A stretch of DNA of 64,000 bases from Myxococcota bacterium (GTDB taxonomy: Bacteria > Myxococcota_A > SURF-8). Under the pieces are notes generated by a model, which was not told where the DNA came from, did not search any database, and saw nothing but the letters and a program-made list of their open reading frames with translations. Positions within the stretch are counted from its first letter, which is position 1. The number at the start of each line of letters is the position of its first letter. A program made the translations under genes and the position numbers. Location: NCBI GenBank assembly GCA_965140415.1, contig OZ223209.1, positions 3,456,001 through 3,520,000 on the forward strand. The letters run 5' to 3'. Below are positions 20,451-30,553 of this stretch, piece after piece.

Positions 20451-21209
20451 TTAGGTAAGAAGCGACTTTACCGCGTCAACCAGTTCAGGCAACGCGGTCG
20501 TCGTGGATCCCTGTAGAAGAACGGAATCGTAGCGATCCGTCAAGTGCGTCCGCTCCAGGTTTACTTCGATTAAAACTCCACCTGTCGAAGTCGTGATAGA
20601 CGGCAGCATGTTGGCCGGAGCAACCTGCGCGCTGGTACCGACCACAAGCATCACCTGGGCTTTTTCTGCCATATGCACCGATTTCTGATAGGCATTCGGA
20701 GGAATGGCTTCTCCGAAAAAGACCACGTCCGGTTTCAGCACTTTGCCGCATCCGCAAATCGGCGGATCGCCGAATACGCCAGTAGCAATTTCGCTTTTCC
20801 CGTAACGCTTTCCGCACCACACACAATGCAAACGTTGAGTATTGCCGTGAAACTCAACCACATACTTATTTCCAGCTTCCTGGTGCAGATTATCGATATT
20901 CTGCGTGATAACGCCTTGCAATTTCCCGAGTTTTTCCAGTTCGGCCAACGCGGTGTGCCCTGCATTGGGAATGGAACGATTGATCAGGTCGCTCATTTCA
21001 CGCAACATGACCCACACCTTCTCGGGATCTTGTTTGAATGAGGCAATGTGCGCATAAATCATCGGATCAAATCGTTCCCACAGCCCACCTTTGCTGCGAA
21101 AATCGGGAATGCCGGAATCCACAGAAAGACCGGCACCGGATAACGCAACCGTGTATTCGGATTCCGCCAATAACTTCGCAGCTTGTCGTAATGCCGATTG
21201 ATCCATCAC
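20451..21209 (-). CDS. cobB: Sir2-family NAD-dependent protein deacylase
   Basis: GAGLSVDSGIPDFRS, TQNIDNLH, HG, CxxC/CxC and VGTS motifs. Confidence 0.93.
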   Translation of the reverse strand: MMDQSALRQAAKLLAESEYTVALSGAGLSVDSGIPDFRSKGGLWERFDPMIYAHIASFKQDPEKVWVMLREMSDLINRSIPNAGHTALAELEKLGKLQGVITQNIDNLHQEAGNKYVVEFHGNTQRLHCVWCGKRYGKSEIATGVFGDPPICGCGKVLKPDVVFFGEAIPPNAYQKSVHMAEKAQVMLVVGTSAQVAPANMLPSITTSTGGVLIEVNLERTHLTDRYDSVLLQGSTTTALPELVDAVKSLLT

Positions 21210-21374
21210 AATCCTTCACAATCCTTTTCGCCCTCTACGGCGATTCGAGGCATTATATATCATGATAGCCTAAACGGGTCAACAACAAGCATCGCCATCC
21301 AACCCGAATCTTTCTCATGAAGACGAACCTGCACCACCCCCCGAAACATCTTTAAATCCGGTCGGTTTCTGCGG

Positions 21375-23219
21375 CTATTTCTCCAGCGATTTCAGCCATT
21401 CCGCATAGGTTGTGGCCACCTGTTCGAAAGGCATATCCTCTGTGGAAGCGATCACCTGAGCGCCATGCACCATGCGCAACACGCAATCCAACTCGATTTC
21501 TCCGGTGAATTCCGGAACCGAATTCAGCTTCTCGATTCTGGCTTTTTGCTGCACCACGGCGTCATCGGCGGACAGGGAGACATCCTCTACCAATGCATCC
21601 ATCGAGAAGGGCTTGCCGGTCATGCGAGCAATGAAATCGATAAAACGAATCGAATTACCGGGCCGCCAGTAACCGTCGCGCATACGCGGACCGATTTCGG
21701 GATTATCCGTCAGATGGCCATACTGCTCCATGAAATAATGACGCGTCTGGGCCACACCGGCCAAAGCCAGCACATAACCGTGATAAATGCAACTCGCCTC
21801 GCCGGAAAGCAGATGCGGCACCGCCAGTGTCGGTCGCGGGCAGCGATCCAACAAGCCCAAGCGTCGTTCCACGGCGATGAATTCCTTCATCACATTTTCC
21901 GCCGTCAACTTCTCTTCCGGCATTTCGTACAACGCCTTTTCCGCATAGCAGATCATCAACAGGGAGCGCAGCATCGACACCTGGGCAGGCTGCGAAAGCC
22001 TTGTGGCTTTTTCGATGACTTCCCATGGGATGGGTTCCCCCTGTACGTTTTTCGCGTAGCGCGTCATCCAATCGGCATCATCCAGCAGCGAATCCAAGAA
22101 CATCGACTGCGTTTCGGCGAAAGCGGCGGAAGTCGGCGCGAATTCCTGGGAGAAACAGGGCGCCCCCATCAACATATTGGAGAAGTGCGCAGCATGACCA
22201 CCCTCATGAAAAAGCGTTTCGGCAGCGCGTTTACCCGATCCAATCTGTCCCGGCACGGAATTGCTGGTAAAGTTGACGCGAGCGCGCACCCTGCCCTGCT
22301 CGTCTTCGAAGGGAGCGACCGGCGCATGACAGAAACCGTTCTCGTATTTTCCTTTTCTGACCACCAAGTCCAGTTGCAACACTGCCTGATCGTAACGGAT
22401 GCCCATCGCGGCAAAGCTCTTTCCCCAACGCAGCAGTGCATCATCGAACTGCATGTAAGGGTCCAGGTCCTTTACGGCGTCACCCTGAGTATGATAACGG
22501 AAATTCCAGGGGTTAAGCGCGGCCTCTCCATGCTTTTCTTTCACGCTTTCGATAAAGCTTTCCTGTGCCTGGCGGGTACGGCTCTCCAGATCGTCGAGCA
22601 GTTCGAATAGCTTTTCTTTATTAAACCCTTCGGTTGTTGAAACTTTGTAGTCGTAATAGTCCTGGTATCCCAGCATGCGGGCCAGCTTGTTCCGCTCGCT
22701 AACGATTTTTAGAAAACCATGCTCTATGACATAGGGTTCAATGCTTTCCAACCCATGAAATGCTGCCTCGCGTTCTTCTTCATTATCCGAGGAGCCGATC
22801 TTCAGTGCCAGTTCCACCGAACTTGCCGCCTTGAAGTCTCCCGTGCTTTTATCCACATAACCGAGATCCATCTCGCCGCGCGCCAGTTGCAGCTTACTTT
22901 CCAACTCGACAATCGCTTCCGAAAGCGCCTGCGCCTCGGGTTGTTCGATAACGTTAGCTTCGAAGAACTGAATCCAGCCTGTCAGAGTTTCGGTTTGCTT
23001 TTCGTCCGCATGGCCACTTTCCAACAGGCTTCGACACAGCTTCAACCGCTGAACATCCCCCTTGAAACGATTTAACTCTCCTTCAGCCTTGTTGAACGCC
23101 TCATAGTCCTTGCTAATCCCCATCTTGGTTTCCCAGAACAACTCCTCTTTGGCGGTATGCAGCGCAAGATACTCACGATTCAATTTAACGATAGCCTGGG
23201 TGATTTCCGTTGAATTCAT
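21375..23219 (-). CDS. M3 family zinc metallopeptidase
   Basis: RNKLAR.LGY.DYY, R.GKYENGF, TLFHEGGHAAH (HExxH) and AETQSMF motifs. Confidence 0.88.
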   Translation of the reverse strand: MNSTEITQAIVKLNREYLALHTAKEELFWETKMGISKDYEAFNKAEGELNRFKGDVQRLKLCRSLLESGHADEKQTETLTGWIQFFEANVIEQPEAQALSEAIVELESKLQLARGEMDLGYVDKSTGDFKAASSVELALKIGSSDNEEEREAAFHGLESIEPYVIEHGFLKIVSERNKLARMLGYQDYYDYKVSTTEGFNKEKLFELLDDLESRTRQAQESFIESVKEKHGEAALNPWNFRYHTQGDAVKDLDPYMQFDDALLRWGKSFAAMGIRYDQAVLQLDLVVRKGKYENGFCHAPVAPFEDEQGRVRARVNFTSNSVPGQIGSGKRAAETLFHEGGHAAHFSNMLMGAPCFSQEFAPTSAAFAETQSMFLDSLLDDADWMTRYAKNVQGEPIPWEVIEKATRLSQPAQVSMLRSLLMICYAEKALYEMPEEKLTAENVMKEFIAVERRLGLLDRCPRPTLAVPHLLSGEASCIYHGYVLALAGVAQTRHYFMEQYGHLTDNPEIGPRMRDGYWRPGNSIRFIDFIARMTGKPFSMDALVEDVSLSADDAVVQQKARIEKLNSVPEFTGEIELDCVLRMVHGAQVIASTEDMPFEQVATTYAEWLKSLEK

Positions 23220-23330
23220 TATAAACAACCTTTCGGGTTCATGGTTTCAAGACGACACAACATCCAACACGATTCTTCGTAGCCCAAGAACTACGACAGG
23301 TCAAGCAGCAATTCGGACTTTACCAGTCGA

Positions 23331-26300
23331 TTAAAGCTCCATTCGTTTCTTTCGAATGCAGAAAGAAGCAAGAAGCAGCAGTACAAACGTTAGACCGAAG
23401 GAAGGCAGAGACGCATCCTGGCAGCCGCCGCCTCCACCATCACGTTCCGTTTCGGATAAGATCTCGTCATCTCCATCCACACTCGCAGATGGTTCCTTGT
23501 CACTCTCCTGTTCGTCAACTTCCTCTTCCGGTTCCGCCTCTTCATCCAAGTCGCCATCTTCCACCATGGCGGCACGAACGTCGATCGGTTCTCCTATTGC
23601 GGTAATCGTTCTGCGATCCGAACCGCTCAATCCTTGGCAATCGACCGTCAATTCAACGACATACTCACCTGGAATTTCGGGACGCAAGGAGACCGAATCT
23701 GCAACGGGAATTTCGCTTGTTAACAAATCAAGATCGGACATTTCCGGCTGTTGCAGCAAGCGCCACTGCGTACTGCATTCTGGGGAGGCATCATGAAGCA
23801 TCATACGGTTGTATAGAGTTACAGTATCGTACACAGTCAGTACATCGGGCAGATCGGCACGAAACGCCGGATGTTGTTTATCCGCCTCGTCTTCCGTTGC
23901 CATCGCAATTCGCACCGCTGCCCAATCCCGTAAGCCGGCATTCGATTCCGTAACGCGAAAGCGGCTATCCACCTCTGTGTCGATAGCAAGAAAGCCATTC
24001 GATTCGAGTTGGTAAAATGCACCAATCACTTCTTTCATCTCCGGCAATTTCAACCCGAAGCGGCTTTGCGGGTCGGAGGAAAACGACGAAGGCATGCGCT
24101 CGCCCACATATCCCTGTTCCGCGTGTTTTTCCAACCAGAACGAAACAGGACCATCGCTGCCATCGATCCAATTGCCAACCGCCGGTCCCAATGCACTTGT
24201 TTCAATTCCAAACAAAACCACAGGAAGCGAATCATCCTTCGCCATCTTCACGGCGATCATGTCCGCTTGGATGTTCAATTCATTTAACGTATAGGATTCT
24301 TCCGCATCACCAAGCGCGAGAGTCCATTCTGCTTGCACATTGCCAAAAGCCACCCCACTTGGACGCTCTCCGTTTTGCAGCACATGAAAATCCGTGCTTT
24401 CCGGAATCCCGGCATCCACACTCAGGATTTTCATTACTGCCAGAAAACGCCCGCGTTTTCCTGCGGCCACCTGAATTTTCGCATCCAGCACGGTATGCGT
24501 TTCTTCTTTCCAACTAAATACATCCAGCGAGTCGTGGGTGGCATCGCGGGCTTCCAATGTCAGATCGGAATCGGAAACGATCATCGCCTGCAAAGCCGCA
24601 CGTTCTCGAATCCACAGACCACCATTGGCCTGCAATTCAAAAGAACCGGTCGTCAAGCTCCCACCGCCATGTCCGTGCAATTGGAAGGTCAGTTCATGCG
24701 CCTTGTCATCCAGCGGAGTGATTTCATCGTAAACCGCGACTGCCGTATCATCCAGTATGAGAATGCGGCGACGAATTTCCACGGAAGGAGCGATTTGATG
24801 ATACTCCGTCCAGACTTCGACGAAGCCCAGTTGCCCCAGGTTCTCCTCGCGTATTTTTCTGCGCACGAGCCAGGCTTCGCCATCCTGCGAGGCAGACCAG
24901 CCACCTTCCACTTCGGGAGTGGTGATGATCATCTGCCCTTCGTCATCGAAAGTAAACGCCGGAAGTGCCACCTTGCTGTTAGCCGGACCTTTACCATCAA
25001 CCAGAATGATATTATGATTTTCCGGGTTGTTCACTTTTTCATGATTCGGCCATCCTAAATAACCGGCGTCGATTGTCAACGGCTCACCATTGGCGAACAA
25101 AATGAACGATCCCGGATCGGCATGTTCGTGCCCAGCCCCACCATCGACCTGATCGCCCCAGCGCGTACGAATCCTGCCCGAAGCAATGCCATGCTCCACG
25201 CCAACATGCAGATACACCGCATCCTCTTCCCAACTCGACCGGAAGACCGCACTGCCCGCCACCGGCAGCATCTGATCCAAAGAAATCTCGTAGGAGGGCG
25301 GCTCTGCCGGGATTGAATCATCGAAGGCAGCAATCATCTCGCAGGAATTGAGCAACCCACCCAGTTGTGCGCCGCCTTTCTGGTGTTCCCAGATCCAGCG
25401 ATACAAGCCGGCGTTTTCGAATTCGTCGTTGATGAAGAATCCAAAGGCCAAGCGTGCTCCCGGCGTACAGTCATCCACGGCGGGATGCGTGAAATCCGGC
25501 TGAATGATTTTCCACATCCAGTCCAGATGCGTTCTAAACAGCGGATTCGAGTAAAAATCCTGAATCACATAATCTTCCTGCTGATCGAAACGATAGTAGG
25601 GAGGTGCATCTTGAGGGCGTGGCGAAACCGTCCAAGTCGCTGCACCGGTATATTGATTCCAGGCACGGAGAAACGGATAGACGTTGACACCGGAGTAAAC
25701 CAGGTAGCTACCCGATTCCTGGTAGCCGCCTTCGCCGTCCATCTGTGTATCCATATAGGAAAAATCGACGTTGCGCATTCCGAATTCCGCCCAGTTTTGG
25801 ATGTCGTAGCGCCCGTCATCGATGATTTTCGAGAAATCATGCCCGTTTAGTGCAATGGCCGCACTTCCGATAGCCGAAGCGGATTTACTGCGATGATTGT
25901 TGACGTATGCACGGCAGGCGAACCAGTTGCTGATTTCAAAATCGGCGTAAAAGTCGGCAGTCAGATCGGCCAGCAGTTGCACTACGTCGGCTTCCTTACC
26001 ATTGAAATCATAGTCCCCACCTTTTAGCAGGTCGTAGGCTTGGACATACATCATCAATTCCTCGGCGGTGTGAATGTCGTCGTTGGGCTGCACGCCTTTG
26101 GCTCGTGATAAGGGATAAAGATTCAGCAGGTAGGTCAAGGCCTGATCCGCCAAGGCATTGCGCGTATCGGCATCGAGCGCCACCACGTTTTCGGATGCGT
26201 CCAACGTCAAACCGATAGCATATAGAAATGCCCTGGCTTTCGCAGCTTTGGCTTTATTCGCCTCGTTGCCTTTTTCGTGGTTATCCAGTTCGTAATCCCG

Positions 26301-26543
26301 GCTGCTGTAGCGAACAATGTCCTTCATCATCGGCAGGTAAGCCGCACGCTTGACGCGTTCGATCACGGTCTGCACTTGTGACGGCAAAAACACCAAGCGC
26401 GGATGTGGTCCAGCTTCCGTCATCTCACCCGCCAGCCAGGTTTCCGCATACACCACAGAGGGCAGCGTAAGGCAGCACATAGCAGTAACCAGCACGATCC
26501 ATCTCAGCATATTTTTCCTACAGCAAGCCTGTATTTTTTTCAT
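23331..26543 (-). CDS. Secreted heparinase II/III-like polysaccharide lyase with acidic linker and MYXO-CTERM-like sorting tail
   Basis: Signal peptide (VYA); NNH, E.GSY and HEHAD.GSF...G..L..DAGY...HN.ILVDG motifs; C-terminal GGGGC + TM + RKKR. Confidence 0.8.
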   Translation of the reverse strand: MKKIQACCRKNMLRWIVLVTAMCCLTLPSVVYAETWLAGEMTEAGPHPRLVFLPSQVQTVIERVKRAAYLPMMKDIVRYSSRDYELDNHEKGNEANKAKAAKARAFLYAIGLTLDASENVVALDADTRNALADQALTYLLNLYPLSRAKGVQPNDDIHTAEELMMYVQAYDLLKGGDYDFNGKEADVVQLLADLTADFYADFEISNWFACRAYVNNHRSKSASAIGSAAIALNGHDFSKIIDDGRYDIQNWAEFGMRNVDFSYMDTQMDGEGGYQESGSYLVYSGVNVYPFLRAWNQYTGAATWTVSPRPQDAPPYYRFDQQEDYVIQDFYSNPLFRTHLDWMWKIIQPDFTHPAVDDCTPGARLAFGFFINDEFENAGLYRWIWEHQKGGAQLGGLLNSCEMIAAFDDSIPAEPPSYEISLDQMLPVAGSAVFRSSWEEDAVYLHVGVEHGIASGRIRTRWGDQVDGGAGHEHADPGSFILFANGEPLTIDAGYLGWPNHEKVNNPENHNIILVDGKGPANSKVALPAFTFDDEGQMIITTPEVEGGWSASQDGEAWLVRRKIREENLGQLGFVEVWTEYHQIAPSVEIRRRILILDDTAVAVYDEITPLDDKAHELTFQLHGHGGGSLTTGSFELQANGGLWIRERAALQAMIVSDSDLTLEARDATHDSLDVFSWKEETHTVLDAKIQVAAGKRGRFLAVMKILSVDAGIPESTDFHVLQNGERPSGVAFGNVQAEWTLALGDAEESYTLNELNIQADMIAVKMAKDDSLPVVLFGIETSALGPAVGNWIDGSDGPVSFWLEKHAEQGYVGERMPSSFSSDPQSRFGLKLPEMKEVIGAFYQLESNGFLAIDTEVDSRFRVTESNAGLRDWAAVRIAMATEDEADKQHPAFRADLPDVLTVYDTVTLYNRMMLHDASPECSTQWRLLQQPEMSDLDLLTSEIPVADSVSLRPEIPGEYVVELTVDCQGLSGSDRRTITAIGEPIDVRAAMVEDGDLDEEAEPEEEVDEQESDKEPSASVDGDDEILSETERDGGGGGCQDASLPSFGLTFVLLLLASFCIRKKRMEL

Positions 26544-26651
26544 GGAATTCTCTCCATTTTTATTGAACCGTTACCTGGCTGGTAAAAAATGAACCTGGCT
26601 CACGGTTCTTACTGGCATTTCATTGAGTTGTAGGCTATCACCTTCGGAAGA

Positions 26652-26667
26652 TGTGTTGCGCATCACA
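26652..26667. promoter_or_regulatory. CRP/FNR-family-like binding box in a divergent promoter region
   Basis: TGTGT-TGCGCA-TCACA, one mismatch from TGTGA-N6-TCACA. Confidence 0.35.
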
Positions 26668-26770
26668 ATTTCACATCCATTTTCCGACAGGGACGACCCA
26701 CTCGGAAAGGAGTCTATAAGACACTGACAGCAAAGTAAACAATTCTCAACGTTGTACATAGACGAAACCA

Positions 26771-28060
26771 ATGAGCGACAGCCCTAGAACAACATACCGC
26801 CATCCATTCCAGCGCATTTCTAAAGCGCTAAGGGATTATGGAGCCCGGTTGAAGCTGTTTAACCGCAATGTCCGGTTATTTCTGTTTGGGGCTTTGCTGG
26901 CGAATCTGGGGATGACGTTCTGGATGCTGCTTTTCAACTTGTACTTACAGGAAGTCGGGTTTTCCAAAGCCTTGATCGGAGATATTTTATCCATCGGAAA
27001 TCTATCAGTAGCCGCCATGGCGCTTCCAGCCGGTTATTTGGCAGGACGCATCAAGCTGAAAATTCAACTGGTATTGATGAGTTTTCTAAGCAGCGTGGGT
27101 TTCATGTTGGCGATTTTAATGGAAAAACCTTCGTTCTTGATCTTCTTTATCGTCATTGCGTTCGGATTATCCGCCTTCGTGCGCGTGCTATCCGGTCCAT
27201 TCATCATGCGCAACTCAACGGAAAAAGAGCGCACCTACATTTTCAGTACGCTTTTCATTATCTTCCTGGCAGGAGGTGTACTGGGAAACGCATTGGGAGG
27301 CTGGACTAAAGAAGCGATGCTCTCCGGCGGCTTATCTGCCATTTTGGCCTATCGCTATACGATCCTGATCGGCATCGGCGCTTCTTTTTTAGGACTGATT
27401 CCCTTTCTGATGATCGACGAAGAGGAAGAACCAAAGGATAAAAGCCGCCTATTAAAACTGTCCGGCATTCGCAATTGGAACTGGCCGCTTTTCGGCAAAG
27501 CCTTTTTGCCGCAGGCCATGCTCGGAATCGGTTCCGGCTTGATCGTTCAATTCATGAATCTATATTTCAAGGACATCTTTCATTCCAACGACCACGACAT
27601 CGGCCTGTATATGTCCGCTCAAGCCACCACCATGGTATTGGGCATCCTGGTTGCGCCAGCACTTGCAGAACGTTTCGGCAAGGTAAAAACGATCGTCTTT
27701 TCACAGCTTTTCAGCTTGCCTTTCATGCTGATCCTGGCATTTTCCATTTCTTTACCGCTGGCCTTGGCGGCATTCGTACTTCGCGCGGCATTGATGAACA
27801 TGTCCATGCCGGTCGGCAATACGCTGGTAATGGAATTATGCCGTAAAGAAGAGCAAGGGCTTTTGCAAGCGTTGATGGCGATGGTCTGGTCGAGTTGCTG
27901 GGCAATTTCCTCTTTCTTGTATGGTCAGGTGCTCAATGCAAACTATACCGCCTGTTTCCTGATCGCCGCCGCCTTGTATACGCTTTCCAGCCTGACTTAC
28001 TATTTCTTCTTCCGCAATGCAGAGAAACTGCCAACATCCACAAAACCGGCAGCAAACTGA
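26771..28060 (+). CDS. MFS transporter
   Basis: About 12 TM segments; AGYLAGRI and LAERFGKVK MFS motif-A-like loops. Confidence 0.9.
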   Translation: MSDSPRTTYRHPFQRISKALRDYGARLKLFNRNVRLFLFGALLANLGMTFWMLLFNLYLQEVGFSKALIGDILSIGNLSVAAMALPAGYLAGRIKLKIQLVLMSFLSSVGFMLAILMEKPSFLIFFIVIAFGLSAFVRVLSGPFIMRNSTEKERTYIFSTLFIIFLAGGVLGNALGGWTKEAMLSGGLSAILAYRYTILIGIGASFLGLIPFLMIDEEEEPKDKSRLLKLSGIRNWNWPLFGKAFLPQAMLGIGSGLIVQFMNLYFKDIFHSNDHDIGLYMSAQATTMVLGILVAPALAERFGKVKTIVFSQLFSLPFMLILAFSISLPLALAAFVLRAALMNMSMPVGNTLVMELCRKEEQGLLQALMAMVWSSCWAISSFLYGQVLNANYTACFLIAAALYTLSSLTYYFFFRNAEKLPTSTKPAAN

Positions 28061-28234
28061 AAATGGACTAAATATTTCAGTCATTATTTGGACTCGAAAG
28101 GTCACCCCTGCTTTAAGCCCCTCTTTTCTTTTGATCTTTGGCAGCTCTGCGTCTACAATCCCTGCAAATAGTGTAGCGTGATGCGTTACGCTGTATCGTG
28201 ATGCACTGCAACCAGTAACAGTGGGGAGGTATCG

Positions 28235-29056
28235 TTGTTTGATCTCTTAGCCGAACAACCACAATTAAAAGCTACGCTCGACAACATGACTGAAGTCGCC
28301 GGATTTTTATGGGAACGAGGCTGGGCTGAAGCAAACGGAGGAAATCTTTCCGCCGATATCAGCCAGGTTTTGTCGATTTCGCTTGCTCCGCCGGAAGGAA
28401 GTGAAACCGTTCCTCTAATCGAGCCTCTTACCGAGTTGGCCGGACACAGTTTCCTGGTCACCGGTTCGGGCTATCGTTTTCGCGACTTCGCACGTCACCC
28501 GGAACGAAACGCCTGCATTCTGCGCTTGAATGAAGACGGTTCCAGCTATTTGAAGCTCTGGGGCGGCGAAGGATCACCCTCGTTCCGCCCGACCTCGGAA
28601 TTGCCCTCACATTTAGGCATTCATCGTTTTCTTCAAAAGCAGGGCCAGCAAAACACCCTTGTGCTGCATACTCATCCAACTGAATTAATTGCCTTAACTC
28701 ACTTCCCCGAATATCGGGATGAAACGACGCTGAATCGCGCATTGTGGGGTATGTTACCGGAAGTTAAGGTTTTGTTACCTCGCGGAGCGGGACTGGCTCC
28801 TTATGCCCTACCCGGCTCGCAAGCACTGGCAAAAGCAACGGTCGACACGCTAAAACGCGGATATCCGGTTGTATTGTGGGAAATGCATGGCTGCCTGGCA
28901 ACCGGATCAGACGTGCACCAGGCCTTCGATTTGATCGACACGTTGAATAAAGCAGCCCGGATCCTGTTGTATTGCAGACAATCCGGTATAACGCCAATCG
29001 GCTTGCAAAAAGCGCAGCTAGATGAACTCGTGGAAGCCTTTAATCTCAAGGAGTAA
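28235..29056 (+). CDS. rhaD: Rhamnulose-1-phosphate aldolase
   Basis: GWAEANGGNLS, PTSELPSH, HTHPTELIA and VLWEMHG motifs; rha operon context. Confidence 0.92.
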   Translation: MFDLLAEQPQLKATLDNMTEVAGFLWERGWAEANGGNLSADISQVLSISLAPPEGSETVPLIEPLTELAGHSFLVTGSGYRFRDFARHPERNACILRLNEDGSSYLKLWGGEGSPSFRPTSELPSHLGIHRFLQKQGQQNTLVLHTHPTELIALTHFPEYRDETTLNRALWGMLPEVKVLLPRGAGLAPYALPGSQALAKATVDTLKRGYPVVLWEMHGCLATGSDVHQAFDLIDTLNKAARILLYCRQSGITPIGLQKAQLDELVEAFNLKE

Positions 29057-29059
29057 GCG

Positions 29060-30532
29060 ATGACCTCCTCGCGGCATCTGGCTTTCGATCTGGGAGCAGG
29101 CAGCGGTCGAGCGATTCTCGGCGAGTTAAACGAGGATCGCTTATCCATTCGCGAACTTCATCGATTTTCCAATCGCATGCTTCCAATCGGGAAAAATCTG
29201 CACTGGAATTTACTGGGCATTTACGGTCATCTACTGGATGTGTTACGTCAACTTGGAGCCGACGACACCCCGCCCGACAGCATTGGGATCGATACCTGGG
29301 GCGTCGATTTCGGCCTTTTAACCGCAAACGACCAGTTGCTTGGCTTGCCGCATGCCTATCGAGACCCCCACACCAATGGTGCGATGGAGTACCTCTTTGA
29401 GCGCATTGCTCCCGAACGGATCTACGAGTTGACCGGCATTCAACTGATTCCCATCAATACGCTCTTTCAATTGGCGTCGATGGTGCGCGACGGCTCCCCA
29501 CTATTGGATATTGCGACAGATCTACTGTTTATTCCGGATCTGCTGCATTTCCTGCTAAGCGGTAAGAAGCGAAGCGAATTCACTTTCGCCACGACATCGC
29601 AGCTATACAATCCCAAAACGGGAATTTGGGAAGAAGAACTGTTCGACGCACTGGGAATATCTTCCTCTTTGATGCTGCCGATTTTGAAACCCGGCCAAGC
29701 AATCGGGGCGCTTCAAGCGAGTATCTGCAAAGAGACCGGCCTACCCTCCATTCCGATTCTGGCCTGCGCCACACATGATACAGGATCAGCCATCGCCGCT
29801 ATTCCGGCACAGGGTGAAAGCTGGGCGTATATCAGTTCCGGCACATGGTCGTTGATCGGAATCGAAACGGAAGCTCCGATTTTCAGTGAAGCCGCCAGAC
29901 TGGGAAATTTCACCAACGAAGGCGGCGTCTGTGGCACCAATCGTTTTTTGAAGAATGTCACCGGCTTATGGCTGTTGCAGGAATGCATCCGGCATTGGTC
30001 GCCGAATCAATCGATTTCCTATGCGGAATTGCTACAGCAAAGCAAGCAGCAGCGGGCCTTCGCCGCATTGATCGATCCGGATGATCCCAAGTTCGCGCTC
30101 CCGGAAAACATGCCTGATGCCATTTGCGAATATTGCCGGGAAAGTGGGCAGACCGTGCCTGGAAATCGCGCCACCATTTCTCGTTGTATTATGGAAAGTT
30201 TGGCGTTTAAAACCCGTTTCGTACTCGACCAGATCCAAGCAATTAGGCAGAATCCCATCGAGCGACTGCACATCATCGGTGGCGGCTCGCAAAACAAATT
30301 GCTGTGTCAATTCACCGCCAACGCCACCGGGTTGACTGTCGAAGCGGGACCGGTTGAAGCCACCGCCATGGGAAATATCCTGATGCAGGCAATGGGACAG
30401 GATCGAATTCAGACGCTGGAACGACTACGAGAGATTGTCCGACTTTCCGATACTTTCGTTACATATAAACCGAAAAACACGGAAGTCTGGGAAACGCATT
30501 ACCAACGCTTCCTTGAATTGATTGAAAAGTAA
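29060..30532 (+). CDS. rhaB: Rhamnulokinase
   Basis: DLGAGSGR, GIDTWGVDF, HDTGSA, SSGTWSL and FTNEGG motifs. Confidence 0.94.
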   Translation: MTSSRHLAFDLGAGSGRAILGELNEDRLSIRELHRFSNRMLPIGKNLHWNLLGIYGHLLDVLRQLGADDTPPDSIGIDTWGVDFGLLTANDQLLGLPHAYRDPHTNGAMEYLFERIAPERIYELTGIQLIPINTLFQLASMVRDGSPLLDIATDLLFIPDLLHFLLSGKKRSEFTFATTSQLYNPKTGIWEEELFDALGISSSLMLPILKPGQAIGALQASICKETGLPSIPILACATHDTGSAIAAIPAQGESWAYISSGTWSLIGIETEAPIFSEAARLGNFTNEGGVCGTNRFLKNVTGLWLLQECIRHWSPNQSISYAELLQQSKQQRAFAALIDPDDPKFALPENMPDAICEYCRESGQTVPGNRATISRCIMESLAFKTRFVLDQIQAIRQNPIERLHIIGGGSQNKLLCQFTANATGLTVEAGPVEATAMGNILMQAMGQDRIQTLERLREIVRLSDTFVTYKPKNTEVWETHYQRFLELIEK

Positions 30533-30553
30533 ACCTCGAAAGGTGCGAGATAG

